Position numbers and translations under genes: made by a program. Positions 39,259 through 49,937 of a DNA stretch of 64,000 bases are shown here, in pieces. The notes below the pieces were generated by a model. That model did not search any database. It was not told the DNA's origin and saw nothing but the letters and a program-made list of their open reading frames with translations. Location: contig JAFGOA010000036.1 of the NCBI GenBank assembly GCA_016926735.1, positions 1-64,000 on the forward strand, read 5' to 3'. The DNA comes from Promethearchaeota archaeon. Lineage in GTDB: Archaea; Asgardarchaeota; Lokiarchaeia; Sigyniarchaeales; SOKP01. Numbering within the stretch: the stretch's first letter is position 1; each line of letters begins with the position of its first letter.

Positions 39259-42200
39259 ATGCGTTATATTTTTAAAATAATCGTTTTGGGAAATTCCGAT
39301 GTTTCCATACCATATTTATCAATAGCCATTAATGAAATAGGTGAGGAGAAAGAAAAATATATAGAATGGAATCATGAATTAGCGGTTTTAGATAATGTTT
39401 GTGAAATTGAAACGATTGCAATAACAGATTTAACCATAGATATTGATCAAATTATTCCAAGTGTTGATGGCATTGTATATTTTCTGAATCCATTAGTTCC
39501 TGAAGAAACCGAATTTTTTCAAATGATTCTTGATATTTTAGAAAAAGTAAAACGAAATATTCCTACTATTATGATTTATTATAATGAGGATGGTATACTT
39601 CCTATATCTGTAATTGACCTTTTAGAGGATAATTGGATTAAATATCCTGATTTTGAAGTATTTATAAATCTTAAACCTATACAATTCAGACAAGGTTTAC
39701 ACTGTTTATGCTTAGCTATGATCTCTGGAGATTATCCCTTGGATATAGAGAATGCATGGTTAAGATATCCTATTTTAGTTATGCAAGCAAATTTTTATTA
39801 TAATCGAAAAGATTTTTATAATGCTGCTAAAACAATGAAAAAAATAGCTTTTATAAGAAATTTATATAATAAAGAAAACGTTTATATAGCCAGTGAACAA
39901 GCAGCTTATCTTTTTTCAAGAATAGACCTTTATCAAGAAACAGCAAATATTTTATCTTCGATTGATAAAAAAAGGGCTCATAAATATAAAAAAGTATATG
40001 CTAGAGCTATGATTAGAGAGGGTAATAAATTATTTGCAAAAGGAGATTATAGATTTGCTGCTAAACAATATGAAAATGCAGCTCAATGGGTTTTAATTGA
40101 ATTAAAGGAAAAAGAGCTTATTGTTGAATGTTTTAAATTAGCGATTAATTCTTGGATTTCTGCATGTGAAATTGAGAATGCATTCACAATTCTTGAAAGA
40201 TTACCTCATGAAGATATAAAACCAACTTTGGAAGAAGTTGCTGATAAAGTAATTGCTGCTGCAGATTTTCTCGTATCATTAGGAAATATAGAAGAAGCAA
40301 GAGAAGAATTATATGTTGCTATAAACACATATCAAAGAGAAAACCTACCCAAAGTATTAAAAAAATTTGCAAATAAGCTATTTGAAGTCTTGATTCAATT
40401 GATTAAAGTTTACATAACAGAAAAAAAAAATAATTCTGCTAAAAGATGTTATGATGAAATAGTTAATTTATGGACTTCTTTTGAAGTAAAAAAAAGCAAT
40501 TTAGATGATATTTTAGAACCACTTATAATACAATTTTTAGATAAATTTAGATTTGGTAAAGCAACACATTTATTAAACGAATTAAATTCCTTGGATATAA
40601 AGAAAAAATTAACAGAATATTCATCTAAGGCAGAAGAAAAAAGTAAAGAAATTAAAAAATTGGAGAAAGATATCAATATTAATTATGGAATTCAATGTCT
40701 TATTAGCTATATTGAGCTTGAAAATGAAATAATAAATGATTACAACGCAATAAACTTAGAAAAAGCGATAGAATTAGTTGGTAAAAATCAGTACATTCGA
40801 GCAGCAGATATATTACAAAAATATACTGAATATTTAAAATCTATCGGTGAAATTAACGAGGCAGATAGAATTTTATGTGAATTATTAGATATTTTAATAG
40901 AAGGTAATAGATTAGAAGAATTCCTAAATTATTTTGATAAAATAACTGGAAAGCGAATTATAAAAAATTATTTAAAATATATCTTTCCGTTCTTTATTGA
41001 ACGATATAAAACAGTTTCTAAAAATTATAGATTTGAAAAGAATTTAAAAATATTCGAAAAAATGAATTCATTTCTAAGAAAGGAAATGTTATATACACAA
41101 TCAAGAGAAATAAGTAAAATTTTTATTGAAATTTTGGGAAAAGAAGCATTATTTTTAATTGGGATTGAAAAAAATACAATCGGAATTGAAGGTGCAATAA
41201 ATTTAATCAAAAAAGCTTCAAATATTGCAAAATCATATTTAGAAAATTATATAATTCAATTTGATGAGGTTTATAAAGCTATAGCTGATATTTATATGAA
41301 TTTAGGAGATTTATCCGCTGCTTTAAGTAATATTGATCAAATTATCGATAAAGATATAAAGAAAGAGGTTTATAGGAGAATGACAAAAAAGGAAGAAACA
41401 AAGATTTCTCAAGAATCTAAAAAGATTAAAGCGTCACTAGAAGCACAATCAATAAAAGAAGGATTATCAGATATAATAAAGCTTGCTAATGAATCCAAGG
41501 CAGAAAAAGAATATTATCTTAAACAAAGAAAAGGATTCAAACGAGCCTTTTTTGGAGAAGCATTAAAAAATATAAATGAAGAAAACTTTCAAGCAGCCCT
41601 TGAAAAATATAAAGAGAGTGTAAATCGATTAGAAAACATAAAACAATATTATTTGGTAGGAGTTAATATTGTAATGATTCTTCTATTGTACCTTAAAATT
41701 CAGAAAAAAAAGGAGCTTATTGATTATATTGAAAAGAAATCTTATTCTGATAACATTTATTACAATACTTTTCCTATAATTTTAACTGAATATATTGTTA
41801 ACTTAATAAAATTACATGAAGAAAAAAAAGTTAATGAATCTTTAATATTTGTAGAAAATCTTCCACTATTTGGGAAAGAAAAGAAATTATTATATGAACT
41901 TATGGAAGGTACCATTGAGATGGGGGAAATAAGAGCACATACCAAAGAAGATAGGTTAAAAATAGAGGTAGTAAAAGAAAAAACTTCTCAAAAATTTTTA
42001 GAATTAGAACAAAAGGTCGATATATTAGAGCAAAAACTTAAAGATCATAAAACAATCTTTCAAGAATTATTTAAAAAGCGAAAAGCTTTAAAGAAAAGAT
42101 ATTATAACGAAATATTAGAATTATTAGCCAGAAATAGCTATTTAGAAGCATCTAAAAAATATTATGAGCTTACAAATGCTTTTTTAAAAAGAAAAGATTA

Positions 42201-42474
42201 TGAGAATTCCGCTCTTTTATTACTATTTTACGGATTATCTTGTATTAAAGCAAAAATACCAATAAAAGATATAAAATTAAAAATTAATGAATTATTATCA
42301 AATTTAGGTACTTCAAAAGGCCTTGTTAGCGAAATTTTTCAAATAGATCTCTTGTTATTTATTATTGATATATTTGAACTTTCAATAAATCAATATATTC
42401 CTCAGATTAATAGTATGTTATCTAAAATACCGTATTTTGAAGAGGAGCAAAACCTTTTATCTATTAAGTTATGA
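39259..42474 (+). CDS. Degenerate small-GTPase-like N-terminal domain plus long TPR/alpha-solenoid
   Basis: RYIFKIIVLG, VDGIVYFLN, IPTIMI strands without GKT; helical repeats such as GNKLFAKGDYRFAAKQYENAA. Start chosen at ATG 39259. Confidence 0.65.
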   Translation: MRYIFKIIVLGNSDVSIPYLSIAINEIGEEKEKYIEWNHELAVLDNVCEIETIAITDLTIDIDQIIPSVDGIVYFLNPLVPEETEFFQMILDILEKVKRNIPTIMIYYNEDGILPISVIDLLEDNWIKYPDFEVFINLKPIQFRQGLHCLCLAMISGDYPLDIENAWLRYPILVMQANFYYNRKDFYNAAKTMKKIAFIRNLYNKENVYIASEQAAYLFSRIDLYQETANILSSIDKKRAHKYKKVYARAMIREGNKLFAKGDYRFAAKQYENAAQWVLIELKEKELIVECFKLAINSWISACEIENAFTILERLPHEDIKPTLEEVADKVIAAADFLVSLGNIEEAREELYVAINTYQRENLPKVLKKFANKLFEVLIQLIKVYITEKKNNSAKRCYDEIVNLWTSFEVKKSNLDDILEPLIIQFLDKFRFGKATHLLNELNSLDIKKKLTEYSSKAEEKSKEIKKLEKDININYGIQCLISYIELENEIINDYNAINLEKAIELVGKNQYIRAADILQKYTEYLKSIGEINEADRILCELLDILIEGNRLEEFLNYFDKITGKRIIKNYLKYIFPFFIERYKTVSKNYRFEKNLKIFEKMNSFLRKEMLYTQSREISKIFIEILGKEALFLIGIEKNTIGIEGAINLIKKASNIAKSYLENYIIQFDEVYKAIADIYMNLGDLSAALSNIDQIIDKDIKKEVYRRMTKKEETKISQESKKIKASLEAQSIKEGLSDIIKLANESKAEKEYYLKQRKGFKRAFFGEALKNINEENFQAALEKYKESVNRLENIKQYYLVGVNIVMILLLYLKIQKKKELIDYIEKKSYSDNIYYNTFPIILTEYIVNLIKLHEEKKVNESLIFVENLPLFGKEKKLLYELMEGTIEMGEIRAHTKEDRLKIEVVKEKTSQKFLELEQKVDILEQKLKDHKTIFQELFKKRKALKKRYYNEILELLARNSYLEASKKYYELTNAFLKRKDYENSALLLLFYGLSCIKAKIPIKDIKLKINELLSNLGTSKGLVSEIFQIDLLLFIIDIFELSINQYIPQINSMLSKIPYFEEEQNLLSIKL

Positions 42475-42476
42475 TT

Positions 42477-43394
42477 TCATACAACATCTGCAAATTTCTG
42501 AAGGTCTTTAACACGCATTCTCAGTGTTACCTCAGTTACTTTTGCTAGTTGAGAGATTTCTTTTTGAGTTCTATTCTCATTACATATTTTAGATCCTATA
42601 TAAAGAGCTGCTGCTGCTATACCTTTTGGGTCTTTTCCAGCAGAATTAAATCCATTTTCTTTTGCTTTTTGAATTAATTTTACTGCTATATTTCGACAAT
42701 TCATTGAAAGTTTTAATTCATCATTAAATTTATCCACATATCTATCTGATGAAAAATATTGTACTTTTAAATTAAGTTTGGGTAAAACTTCCATTAATAT
42801 TAGTCGATAACTTTTAACCACTTTTTTTTTTGGAATTTGGGCAACTTTTGTAATTTCTTCGATCGTTCTAGGAATACCATGTACTCTTAGAGCACAAAAA
42901 ATTGAAGCTGATAATAATGTATCAATACTTCTTCCCATTGTTAATTTTTTTTTTACAGTCTGAGTATATATTCTTAATGCATCCTCGGCAACAGTATCTG
43001 GAACACTTAACCGCTTCTGAAGTCTTTGTAAATTGGGTAAAGCTATCCATAAGTTCCTTTCAAAACTTGTTGTAAGAGATCTATGAATTTTAGCTAATCT
43101 ATTAAATTGAGATTTATATTTTGGACTTAAAAGGCTTCCTCTAGCATCTCGACTTCCTTTTATAATAGTTCTCGGACCAATAGGGCTATATACTCTCTCA
43201 TTACTCTTCCTTTTTTGAATTTCTTCTTGTGTAAAAGCCCTTCTTGGAGAATCATCAAATATTCTTGAAATAACTAAACCACAATTAAGACATACATAAA
43301 AACCATCTTCCTCTGATACTTTTGGAGAATCACAACATGTTTCTGGTGTATCTTCTTCAAAAAATTGATCATTTTCGATTTTAGATGGCATCAT
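42477..43394 (-). CDS. tfb: Transcription initiation factor IIB (paralog 2)
   Basis: CC...CLNCG, ERNL..A, GRSIDTLLSASIF.A.R, GKDPKGIAAAALY, RTQKEI...AKVTEVTLR. Confidence 0.93.
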   Translation of the reverse strand: MMPSKIENDQFFEEDTPETCCDSPKVSEEDGFYVCLNCGLVISRIFDDSPRRAFTQEEIQKRKSNERVYSPIGPRTIIKGSRDARGSLLSPKYKSQFNRLAKIHRSLTTSFERNLWIALPNLQRLQKRLSVPDTVAEDALRIYTQTVKKKLTMGRSIDTLLSASIFCALRVHGIPRTIEEITKVAQIPKKKVVKSYRLILMEVLPKLNLKVQYFSSDRYVDKFNDELKLSMNCRNIAVKLIQKAKENGFNSAGKDPKGIAAAALYIGSKICNENRTQKEISQLAKVTEVTLRMRVKDLQKFADVV

Positions 43395-43805
43395 AATCAG
43401 ATAAAAAATGAACTTTATGGAGTTTTTGCTTTATATAGAAAATTATGATAATATTTAAATGCTATTATTTTCAAAATAATTATCCCATATATCCCTATGA
43501 TAATAATCAAAATAAGAATTTAAAAATCTTTACTTAAAAAAGGTTGAATGTAATATCCTTTTTTTTTAAATTTAATAATTTTTAAAATATTTCCTCTCTT
43601 TGTATTAGATTTTATATTTATTTATCAAAACATTTTTTTAATTTTAAACTTTCATATATATGAGGGTAATTTTGAATTTACTCAAAATTTCTTAAATTCA
43701 TATATATATTTAAAAAAAAAAAATCATTACAATTAAAATAGAGAAATCAGATCAAAATATTATGAAAATTTTATAAATTAAAATAAAATTATTTGTTGAT
43801 TAATT

Positions 43806-45050
43806 ATGGCAAAAAAACCCAATTTGAAAAGCGAAGATGTGATTACAGAATCTGATAGTAACACAATTGAATTTATTCTTAAATTCTTTAGAGCTAAATC
43901 TCTTAATATTGATAAAGAGAAAAACGTAGTTATTATAAAAGGAATTTTAAATAATCCTATTGAATCCTTTAGTTTCTTAAATAAAAAAGAAGTAGATTTT
44001 ATTAAAAAAAGTTTAACTGTAACAAATCTCAAAGATCTATTGGAATATAAGAATAAAAATCTCTATGATTATATCTCATTTGATAATCTCAAATCAACAG
44101 AAAAAGCAGGTATTGAGATTAAAGAATTAGAAGAAAAAATACAGAAAGCAATAAATATCACAGTAATTGCTGATAAATTAAAAGAAAATTCAGTCTCTTT
44201 GGATAAAGAACAACAAAAAATAATAATCGCAGGATTAGATCAAGCAGGTAAAACAGCCATCCTAACTAAGTTTGGAGGTAGATTTGGTCTTAATGAATTA
44301 GCAAAAATTAAACCAACTAAAAAAGTAGAAAGAAGAGAAATTAATACAGATAGTTTTACAATATTTCTTTGGGATTTTGGAGGGCAGAGTATTTATCGAG
44401 AAGAATATCTTGAAAATCCAGATACTTATTTTATAGGTGTAGATTTATTAATTTATGTAATTGATATTCAAGATCCAGACAGATTTGACGAATCATTTAC
44501 ATATTTAAAAGGAATTGTTAATGCTTTAAAAAATTTAGAAGAAAATCCTTACATATTGATTTTCTTACATAAATATGATCCTGATATAAGACAAGATCCA
44601 AAAATAGAACTTAATGTCGAATTTGTAAAAGATAAACTTAAAGATTTCTTTGCAGAATCGACTTTTTCTCATGAAACATACTTATCCTCCATATATTATT
44701 CTGTTGCAAGAGAACCCCAATTTGCTAAATATATGAAAGAAATGATAGCTAATGTTGGTAATTCTGTTGATAATCCTACAATTCAAAAAGTTGAAGGTTT
44801 AGCTAAGACATTAGAACAAACCCTTAATGCTGTAATACGTCTTTCAGAAAGTATGTCTCTTGAATTAAACCAATTAGATACACGATTAAGGGCTCTCGAG
44901 TCTGGAGCTGTTCATATGGCTCAGCAAGGGGTCCCCATAGAAATTAGTCCAACAGTGCAAACAAAAGAAATAGGAGGAGGAAATGTTCGAGTTAGAGTTC
45001 TTGATGAATTAAAGGACTTATTTGCAAAAAGAAAAAAACTCGATTTTTAA
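43806..45050 (+). CDS. Arf/Rag-like small GTPase with N- and C-terminal extensions
   Basis: G1 GLDQAGKT, G2 KPT, G3 WDFGGQ, G4 HKYD, G5 SSIY; C-terminal coiled coil. Confidence 0.88.
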   Translation: MAKKPNLKSEDVITESDSNTIEFILKFFRAKSLNIDKEKNVVIIKGILNNPIESFSFLNKKEVDFIKKSLTVTNLKDLLEYKNKNLYDYISFDNLKSTEKAGIEIKELEEKIQKAINITVIADKLKENSVSLDKEQQKIIIAGLDQAGKTAILTKFGGRFGLNELAKIKPTKKVERREINTDSFTIFLWDFGGQSIYREEYLENPDTYFIGVDLLIYVIDIQDPDRFDESFTYLKGIVNALKNLEENPYILIFLHKYDPDIRQDPKIELNVEFVKDKLKDFFAESTFSHETYLSSIYYSVAREPQFAKYMKEMIANVGNSVDNPTIQKVEGLAKTLEQTLNAVIRLSESMSLELNQLDTRLRALESGAVHMAQQGVPIEISPTVQTKEIGGGNVRVRVLDELKDLFAKRKKLDF

Positions 45051-45055
45051 AGATC

Positions 45056-45772
45056 TTATTTCATTTCTTTTTTTCTCTGATTTTTTATATGTTTATATAA
45101 TGCTAATAGAAGAATAGAACCAAATGCTCCTATACAAAGAATAACATACCATATATTTTCAAATAATAAAGGATTGATTTCATAAGGTATCATATCTATT
45201 TTTAAACTATTCTCAATTTGAACTAACAAATCAATTAACAATGGAGAAATAAAAAATACCGTTATGGTAAATCCTACAATACCTAAACTAAAACCAACAA
45301 TCACATCTGAAGGATAATGAACTCCTAATTGAACCCTAGAAAAAGCTATTAATCCAATTAATATACAAAATACCAAAAGAATATAAGGTGAATTTGTTAA
45401 AAAACTAATAGTTAATCCTTGAGAAACAATATTATATGTATGCCATGAAGGAAAACTTCTTGAAAAAGGTTTTCGCGCGAAAACTTTAATATTATCTATT
45501 TTTCTAAAAGGTCTTTGCCTTTTAATTAATATTTTTATGAAAACTATTGATACTAATCCAAATAAATAAGCAAATCCAATATTTGATAAATAAAGAGGAT
45601 CATACCAAATCAATAAAAAAAAACCTATTAATATACACCAGATAGTCTCTTCTCCTAAAAATGAGAGGTTTCTTAGTAAAGCTGTAAATATATTGCCTCC
45701 AATACCATTATATTTTACGACAATTTTACTATCCCATTCATTTATCTTCTCAAACCAATTTTTGATTTCCAT
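45056..45772 (-). CDS. PAP2-family membrane phosphatase
   Basis: K....RQRP, SFPSWH, SRVQLGVHYPSDV. Confidence 0.9.
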   Translation of the reverse strand: MEIKNWFEKINEWDSKIVVKYNGIGGNIFTALLRNLSFLGEETIWCILIGFFLLIWYDPLYLSNIGFAYLFGLVSIVFIKILIKRQRPFRKIDNIKVFARKPFSRSFPSWHTYNIVSQGLTISFLTNSPYILLVFCILIGLIAFSRVQLGVHYPSDVIVGFSLGIVGFTITVFFISPLLIDLLVQIENSLKIDMIPYEINPLLFENIWYVILCIGAFGSILLLALYKHIKNQRKKEMK

Positions 45773-45781
45773 AGTTTTTAC

Positions 45782-46579
45782 TCAGCTATTCAATTGTTCA
45801 ATAAATTTATACTCTTTTTTTACTGTTAATGATTTTTCCTTAAAATATTTTAGATTATGGGAATCTGATCCAATAAAAATCTTTGCCCCTAATTTTTTTA
45901 ATTGAATAATTATCTCTCTTGAAGGAAATGATCTCCCATAAGAATATTTTAGACCTGAAAGATTATATTCGATATTAATTCCATTTTTTATACATAATTT
46001 TCCTAAATTGAGTATTCTTTCATCTGAAATGTCACAATCTTTACTCGGTTTTAATTCATTATTATTAATATATCGAAAAATTGTGTCAATATGACAAATA
46101 TTTTGAAATATTTGAGATCTAATCATTTTTTCAACAGAAATAAAATATTCATCAATTAATTGTCCTGTTGTTTTTTTTTTTAAAAGCTCAATAATATAAG
46201 ATTTTTCCGTAATTGGAAATCCTATATCGCATTCATGAACACTTCCAGCAATGAAATCCATTTTTTTATCATAATCGTCCATGAATTCTATTAAATCGAC
46301 TTCTCTTTCCTTATAATAATCGACTTCTAACCCGCTAAGAATAAAATCATAGGTTTCTTTTAATTCATCGATTTCTTCCAAATAATTTTCAATATTACCA
46401 TTATAAAATGGATGAGAAATATCATTCTCAACTTTATAAAGCTCATAGTGCTCTAAAAAACAAATATTAATTTTTTTTTTCTCAGCAATTGTGATATAAT
46501 CTTCAAAATTAGGACCATTTTGAACAATATCGGAACTCCATTTTGTATGCACATGATAATCTGTATATTTGAACCGCAT
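45782..46579 (-). CDS. PHP-domain phosphatase (histidinol-phosphatase HisJ-like)
   Basis: DYHVHT, EH, GLEVD, GSVH, CHID, EYN.SGL, GSDSH. Start chosen at the internal ATG 46579. Confidence 0.85.
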   Translation of the reverse strand: MRFKYTDYHVHTKWSSDIVQNGPNFEDYITIAEKKKINICFLEHYELYKVENDISHPFYNGNIENYLEEIDELKETYDFILSGLEVDYYKEREVDLIEFMDDYDKKMDFIAGSVHECDIGFPITEKSYIIELLKKKTTGQLIDEYFISVEKMIRSQIFQNICHIDTIFRYINNNELKPSKDCDISDERILNLGKLCIKNGINIEYNLSGLKYSYGRSFPSREIIIQLKKLGAKIFIGSDSHNLKYFKEKSLTVKKEYKFIEQLNS

Positions 46580-46702
46580 ATGTCTATAAAAATTATTAAT
46601 TAATGAATTATTCATGAAATATAATTTATCAAATTAGAAAAAATTATTTAAAAAATGCATTAGAAACTCAAATAGGGAGAGAAAAAAACTAAAATTGGGA
46701 AA

Positions 46703-47503
46703 TTAAATATTATTGCGTAGATATTCAAGTGCTTCTCCTCTAATTTCCCCATAAGTTCCTATTCCAATTTTTTTGATCTCATCTACAATTTGGGGTGTTT
46801 TAATATTTCTTAAAGTATTACGCCAAAAAAGAGTTTCAAGATTTTGAAATTTTGCAAGACTTTTTGGAAATTTTTCCATATGAACGTTAAATAAAGCAAT
46901 TGTCTTTAATGAAGGATGACTTGCTAGAAATACAGGGATGTCATCAATAGTAGTTCGACAAAAGTCAATTTTATTCAGGTTGGATGCATTTAAGAGAGTC
47001 TCTGGAAGGTAGAAATCTTTAGGTGTTTCATATAGTCTTATATTTTTTAAATTTTGAAGATTTCCAATAGATTTAGGTAAAGTTTTCATTAATTCACAAG
47101 TGAACTGTAATGATTCTAAACTCTCCATTTCTCCTATTGATTGGGGCAATTCAGTTATTACCTTACTCTCGATTGTCATTATTTTAAGTTTTTTTAGTTT
47201 ACCAATTTCTTCTGGAAGATTTCCCATAAGTGCATGTCTCCACCCAATTGTTTCCAGATATTCTAATTTTCCTATTTCTGTAGGCATATATCTAATCTCA
47301 TTCTTTTTAATCTCCTCTGCTGGTATTTTATTATAGATAGGTCTCTCCTCTTTATCCATTTCAAATGAAATTTTAGTTATGTGTTTTTTTGTTGTTTCAT
47401 ATTTGGGACCTAAAAGAGATGCTTTTTTCTTGGGAAGGATATTGATTTTTAATGCATTATTTATTAATTGAATTATTTCCTTTTCTTCTTTAAAATTAAT
47501 CAT
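46703..47503 (-). CDS. Leucine-rich repeat protein
   Basis: About 7 repeats of 23-24 aa with consensus LP.EIG.L..L..L. Confidence 0.88.
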   Translation of the reverse strand: MINFKEEKEIIQLINNALKINILPKKKASLLGPKYETTKKHITKISFEMDKEERPIYNKIPAEEIKKNEIRYMPTEIGKLEYLETIGWRHALMGNLPEEIGKLKKLKIMTIESKVITELPQSIGEMESLESLQFTCELMKTLPKSIGNLQNLKNIRLYETPKDFYLPETLLNASNLNKIDFCRTTIDDIPVFLASHPSLKTIALFNVHMEKFPKSLAKFQNLETLFWRNTLRNIKTPQIVDEIKKIGIGTYGEIRGEALEYLRNNI

Positions 47504-47941
47504 TTTATATCATTTTAAATTTAAAATATTCCTAAGGTTCTTAATAATTTTTAGAATTAAAATAATGCTAAAATTTCTAAGTAGAAATCTCGCTAAAATT
47601 ATATATATAATCTTAAAATATCTATTTCGCAATATTTCTAATACATTTTCAATTATTCGGATATTTTTTCCAACAATGGTTTTTTAAAGAACATATTCCA
47701 TAGAAAATGTATAGATTTTAATAGAAATCTGAATTGAAGATGTTTTTCACGATCTCCTTATACTAACTTCACATAAATACTATATCAGAATCATGATAAA
47801 TAATTGGTTTTCTTATTTATCAATATTTACAATGGATTTTCTGTTCATTTAAAAATGTAGAGTATTATGATATAGTAAATTCTATGTATATTCATCCATA
47901 CTTTAAAGAACATGGGTTTTTGCTATAAGATTGTAAAAAAA

Positions 47942-48331
47942 TTAGCAATTATCATTTATTCTATCAAAATATACATTCATTTTTTCCAAAAAAGAATCTA
48001 CTCTTGAAAATTCATCAATAATCAATGTTAGGAACACTTTATATTCATTATTTTTAAAAATCATAATAGAAATATCTTCTATTTGAGCGATAATTTTTTG
48101 CAATGATCTATCTCCAATTGTTTTCCCCAAACCATCAGCACTTTTTAAAACAGAGGCAATCATCGGGATTAATTCTTTATAATTATAATCTTCTTTCGTT
48201 TCTTTAATTAATAATCTACCATCTAAATAGGAAAGAATCACTCCCAGAAAATTACCTTCTTTTTTGATTTCTTCAAGTATCTTTGATAATTTTTGATAGT
48301 TAGGACTATTTTGGATTTTATTTTCACTCAT
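47942..48331 (-). CDS. Roadblock/LC7 domain protein (divergent)
   Basis: L..ILEEI....NFLGVILSYLDGRLL, MIASVLKSA..LG..IG...LQKII. Confidence 0.78.
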   Translation of the reverse strand: MSENKIQNSPNYQKLSKILEEIKKEGNFLGVILSYLDGRLLIKETKEDYNYKELIPMIASVLKSADGLGKTIGDRSLQKIIAQIEDISIMIFKNNEYKVFLTLIIDEFSRVDSFLEKMNVYFDRINDNC

Positions 48332-48406
48332 GATTTTAAGAAAGCATGTTCAATATCTAAAATAATTAATATGCATTTAATTAATTAATGTTATAGTGAA
48401 AAAAAG

Positions 48407-49795
48407 TTGGAAAATAAAGATTTAGTAGAATTAATAAAAGAGAGTAATAAATTCTTTATTATAAATGAATTAATCCCATTTTTAAAAATTCCTAGTTTTA
48501 CATTAAATAAGGAAGGAATTAATCAAGCTATTAATTTTATAATTAAATATATCTCTGAATTTAGTGATGATATCCAGAAAATTGAAGGAGAGGTAAACCC
48601 TTTAATAATAGCAAAAGTTTCAGGGAAAATTAAAACGCCTATCCTAATTTATATGATGTATGATACTCAACCTGTTAATGAATTAAAAAAATGGGAATCT
48701 CAACCTTTTCAAGCAGATATAAAAAAAATTCCAGAATTTAATAATTTAGGAAATTGTATTATTGCTAGAGGAGCATATAATTCAAAAACTCCTTTATTAT
48801 CATTTCTCAATATTATAAAAATTCTTAAACAAAAAGAAAACTTACCTATTTCATTGTTTCTTGTATTTGATGGAGAAGAAGAAATAGGATCCCCAACATT
48901 TTTAAAATTAATATCTACTAAAAAATCATTATTTGAAAATTGTACACATGCTTATTATCCTTCAACTAAACAAGATATAGATGGTAAAGCTATTATTAAA
49001 TTAGGATATAAAGGATTAATTTCATTTTCTTTAAGAACTACCTCTAAAAATAAACAAGTTCATTCTGCTTATAATAATATCATACCAAATCCTTGTTTGG
49101 ATCTTTTGAGATTAATAGATATTATTTTTAAAGATAATAAAATACAAATAAAATCTTTATCTGAAGAATATAAACCTTTACAAAAAGAACAGGAACTTTT
49201 AGAAAAATTATCTTTAAATAAAGATCTTGGAAATATCTTGTTAAAAGCAGGAATTAATCAATATTCAGCTCAAGACTCTTATCAATTATTTTTTAATTAT
49301 TTATTCAAACCCACATTCAATATTTCTACATTAAAATCTGGATATTTAAAAGAGGGTATAAAAAATTCAATTCCGAATAGTGCTCTTTGTAATATTGATA
49401 TTAGATTTGCACATCAACAATCTGTAGATATTATCTTTGATGAAATTTCAAGACTTATTCTTTCATATTCTCGTAATCTAAATTCTGATGTTGAAATTAT
49501 AAAAAACAGTGCTATTGAGAGTTCACGTATAGATATTGATTCTGTCCTAGTAAAGAGTATTCTAAAGAGTTATGATAAATTAGAAATTCAATCTGAGATC
49601 TGGCCAATTAGCGCAGCAGCAGCCCCGTTAAGTAAAATAAATACTGATTTAGGAATGGAATACATTGCAGCAGGTTTAGGAATAGGAGGTAATGCTCATA
49701 CTTATAATGAATTTATACAATTTGATTCAATAATCGACGCTAGACTATCTTATTTTTATTTTCTTTTTTTCTGTTCAGAAGACCTTAATTTTTAA
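48407..49795 (+). CDS. M20/M25/M40 family peptidase-like protein
   Basis: YDTQP, W...PF, ARGA..SK, DGEEEIGSP, LGYKG, HSA, NAH..NE. Confidence 0.85.
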   Translation: MENKDLVELIKESNKFFIINELIPFLKIPSFTLNKEGINQAINFIIKYISEFSDDIQKIEGEVNPLIIAKVSGKIKTPILIYMMYDTQPVNELKKWESQPFQADIKKIPEFNNLGNCIIARGAYNSKTPLLSFLNIIKILKQKENLPISLFLVFDGEEEIGSPTFLKLISTKKSLFENCTHAYYPSTKQDIDGKAIIKLGYKGLISFSLRTTSKNKQVHSAYNNIIPNPCLDLLRLIDIIFKDNKIQIKSLSEEYKPLQKEQELLEKLSLNKDLGNILLKAGINQYSAQDSYQLFFNYLFKPTFNISTLKSGYLKEGIKNSIPNSALCNIDIRFAHQQSVDIIFDEISRLILSYSRNLNSDVEIIKNSAIESSRIDIDSVLVKSILKSYDKLEIQSEIWPISAAAAPLSKINTDLGMEYIAAGLGIGGNAHTYNEFIQFDSIIDARLSYFYFLFFCSEDLNF

Positions 49796-49937
49796 AGATG
49801 TCCTATAGTATTACATATATTATATCACAAAAATTTTTAAAAAATTATTTTATCTAAATTATATCTGAAATAGAAAATAAGAATATTATACAATAGTTTT
49901 TTTTATAAATTTACAGTTATCAGGTTCCAAAATAACA

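Noticed and set aside
47504-47941. Possible gene remnant between the LRR and roadblock genes
   Set aside because: Only short fragments are open; no supportable homology
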